Positions 61,413 through 64,000 of a stretch of 64,000 bases of DNA are shown here, one piece after another. Positions within the stretch are counted from its first letter, which is position 1; every line of letters starts with the position of its first letter. The DNA is taken from NCBI GenBank assembly GCA_039621445.1, contig CP154954.1, positions 31,086,012 to 31,150,011 on the forward strand. Direction: 5' to 3'. The DNA comes from Euglena gracilis. Its lineage: Eukaryota. Both the position numbers and the translations under genes were made by a program. Below the pieces are notes generated by a model. It had not been told where the DNA came from. It ran no database searches and saw only the letters and a list, made by a program, of their open reading frames with translations.

Positions 61413-63648
61413 ACCCTGACCATGCCGGCCGCAGCGCAGCCACGCCGTGAGGGAGAGAGGAGAGAACCCCCTGCTGGGGGTTCGTCTTAAATTGTCATTT
61501 TTTTGGTCTTCAAATGTTCACCAAATTGGTTCTTTTTTGGAGTGTTTTCGACTTGTGCACTGTTTCACAATGGTGTTGTTTTTTTTTCAAAAAAAACAAA
61601 TACTGTTCTATGGTTCACAACATTTATCCCTTGTTTTACACTCCCAATAATTCAAATCCCCTCCCTCATCTATATTTCCCATACTTGTTTGGTTGGTGTC
61701 GGTGTGCGCATTTGCGCAAAGCGCACAACTTCCTTTCCTTTTTTGTAACATATAAATTATTCAGTCGGATCCCCTCGCCGTCCTCGCCGCGCACCGCTCG
61801 CCACCCTGCAGCAGCCGCTACACCCTGTACCTCCCTGACCCGCAGGGGGTGTGGCAGGTGTGGCAGGTCACTGGTGTTGGTGGGTTGGTTGTCGGTTGGG
61901 TTTAGGGTTAAAGTTTCTCACCCGTGTTCCCATCCCCAAATGCCAACAAACACACAGACACACCCCCACTGACAACGACCCCCGCGCCGCGTGCTGCCCC
62001 GCCTTGGAAGGAAGCTTAATAATCCTTAAAATTCTCAAAATGCCTTAAAAAACCCAAAAAATTTCAAAACCCCCCAAAAAAACGTAAAAGTTCTTGAAAA
62101 TTTTCGCTTAAAATTATGAATGGTCACAGTTGGGCTGGTCCTGCATCTGCTGGGTGACTATCCTTTTTTCCCTGGTGATACACATTCTATGGCCCAGGAC
62201 TAAACGGGTATCCCGACAACTCCCCCTCCCCATGAACCCAACGTCGACCTCCCTGCACATAATTTGTCGTCCATCTATGGTCTGTCACCCACTGCAGCGT
62301 GAGCAATTGCGAATGCAGTGAAAGTGGAGGGATGGGAGAACCTGTACCAAGAGAAATTACCCCCCCCCCGGGCGCTTGGCCCGGGCCACGATTGAAGGTA
62401 AGGCCAGGGGGCCAACCTTAGGGGGGCCAAGTTTGCATGTAAGGAGGAGGGGGTCCAAGCGCCCGGGGGAGGCATGCAGGTTTCTGGGGGGCAGGGGTGC
62501 AGGACAGGGGAGTTCTGGGGATGGAGAGCCAGCGGCCTACGAATGGCAACGGCCCCAACCTCCACAGCAGGGGTCCTGTGGAAAAGAAGCCCACCAAACG
62601 CGGTGCCAGGTGGGGGACAGCAGGGCGGGTAGGTCGGAAGGTACCAGGTATGCCGATGGGGAGACGGGAGGTAAGGCCGAGGGAGATAAATGGCAGGGCC
62701 ACAGAGCGGGCCGCCTCACCCCTCTGTGTGGGGGGCGGTTGCCTGGCTGAACAGGGAGAGGACAAACTATGGCATCAAGGCAAAATTAAAGCGGACGTTG
62801 AGCATGCACACACAAATAATGCACCTCACACAAAATAAAAAAGTCTTCGCAGATGGCCGGTCGAGTTGGAAGAAGATCTGTGGCACAGAAATACCACTTG
62901 AGGTAATGCCTCTCGTCAGGGAGGTGAGGGCTGTTTGGCCGGCCACTGCAGTATGGGTCGCCGGCGGTAAACTGTGGTTGGCATCGGACAGAGGTGCGGC
63001 AGGGGCGAAGCTGAGATGGGGCCCACAACCAGGTGCAGGGGGTCGCTGAACGAGCCTCCCCCCCCCCCCAGAGGTCAGCTCAGTGGCCTAAAAAGTTGGG
63101 CTGCTGTCTCCCCCCGGTTGGTACTGGGCCCGACTGGGGTTCACATTGGAACCAAAAAAAAAGCAAAAAACCCAAACCCCCACACAATTTTTTCGACCCA
63201 ACAGGGCTGGGTAGCCCATCCTGGGCCCATTTTCCCACCCATTGTCGCACCTCGGAAAGCGAAACAGCCTGTCACCACCCTGCCAAGTGGACAGGAGTTT
63301 TAATTTTGTCGATAGGGGAGGGTGGCCAAAGGTTGGAAGACGGCTGCTAACTGGCTTGGCTTTCCCTGTGGGGGGATGGTGACACGGGAATGGTGTTCCG
63401 TCCGACACGAGCGACGCCGGGGCCAGGAGAGCCGTGGCCGGGCGGCACGTGTGACAGCGCCGCTCAGCCGGCGCCGCGCAGGCAGCGCAGGGGGAGGTTG
63501 GGATGCCATTTGGGTCTCAAACGGATCGGGCAGAGCCCACAGTGCGGAGGGGCTGGGCCCGAGGTCAGGGGATTCCTCTGGGTTATCCCTCTAGGGGCAG
63601 GGCGGGGGGTGGTGGCACCCCTGGGCCCCCCGTGGGATAATATGGGGG

Positions 63649-63748
63649 AGGGCATTTCTTTAAGAACCCAGGGGGGTTGCTGGGCAAGGGCGAGAAATTT
63701 GGGCTGGCCAGCCCCCCCCCCCTTAGTTGCACTAAGGCTTCTTGTCTG
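63649..63748. mobile_element. Short derivative of the hAT end at 53589
   Basis: catttctttaagaacccaggggggttgctgggc.agggc.agaaatttgggctgg resembles 53593-53652; no TSD found. Confidence 0.5.
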
Positions 63749-64000
63749 TTTATGGCGGGCGCTAACTTCGCTTCTGGCCCAGTTTGCTGCGTGGTGAGTG
63801 GCCAGGGACCCCTTACACCAGTCCTCTTTTGTTGCTCCCCCTGGCCGGGTGAGTAACTCTGGTGTAATTCCAGCGCTGTAGGGACATACACTCACCTTGT
63901 GTGGTTGGTGTGGTTCCCGTGGGTGGGTCTACACCCTTGCGCCCCAGTCCTGCTCTTGCCTCCTGCCCTCTTCCCACTTTTCTGTGTGGGGGCTGCATGG

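Larger units (their letters stand above)
48970..61860 (+). pseudogene. Multi-exon gene(s) of unknown function, disrupted by nested insertions
   Basis: GC-rich blocks after YAG acceptors (near 49736, 50262, 50986, 51434, 52660, 53291) alternate with AT-richer palindrome-bearing introns; exon sequence resumes after the insertions at 57041, 60139 and 61421. Confidence 0.55.
44360..61900 (+). mobile_element. Putative large intron-containing DNA transposon (left TIR seen; right end not identified)
   Basis: Left end TTAGGCAGCGCATCTCGCACTTAAGG resembles the TIRs of 57575-60131. TGCGCA-NN-TGCGCA palindromes start just after it and continue to about 61720. Confidence 0.5.

Noticed and set aside
44919-61725. 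Dispersed TGCGCA palindromes as CRISPR repeats or rho-independent terminators
   Set aside because: Spacing is irregular (tens of bases to kilobases), they lie between exon-like blocks, and there is no consistent U-tract.
62130-63600. Short GC-rich ORFs near the window end
   Set aside because: No recognisable domain or consistent exon structure.

Overview
Eukaryotic, transposon-dense DNA (GT-AG introns, microsatellites, long G/C runs, no operon, rRNA, tRNA or CRISPR signal); the organism cannot be determined from this window. (1) 1-11014, minus strand: a near-complete but decayed Ty3/Gypsy chromovirus-type LTR retrotransposon. Between gag and protease it carries an intact-looking N6-adenine methyltransferase domain (DAFA...NPPF) followed by an apparent deleted C5-cytosine methyltransferase remnant (LDLFCGT). 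It is inserted in the MTase region of a DIRS-like relic. (2) About 12-32.3 kb: a second chromovirus fragment, a DIRS-like tyrosine-recombinase retroelement (RT-RNaseH-MT-YR) and a Pro/Ala/Gln-repeat ORF unit, all involved in a six-segment scrambled duplication with reused breakpoints. (3) 32-44 kb: MITEs (hAT-type with 8-bp TSD, and TA-TSD type) and a decayed piggyBac-like relic. (4) 44.4-62 kb: an intron-rich unit that begins with a 26-bp TIR and encodes a possible Academ/DUF6589-like DDE transposase plus a second unknown gene. Its non-coding DNA holds about 30 TGCGCA-NN-TGCGCA palindromes, many with copy-specific self-complementary arms. Nested inside are an hAT transposon (TIR and 8-bp TSD read directly), a non-autonomous relative and several MITEs. 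Many frameshifts lie at homopolymers and could be sequencing errors. All domain calls are by motif recognition; no database search was run.
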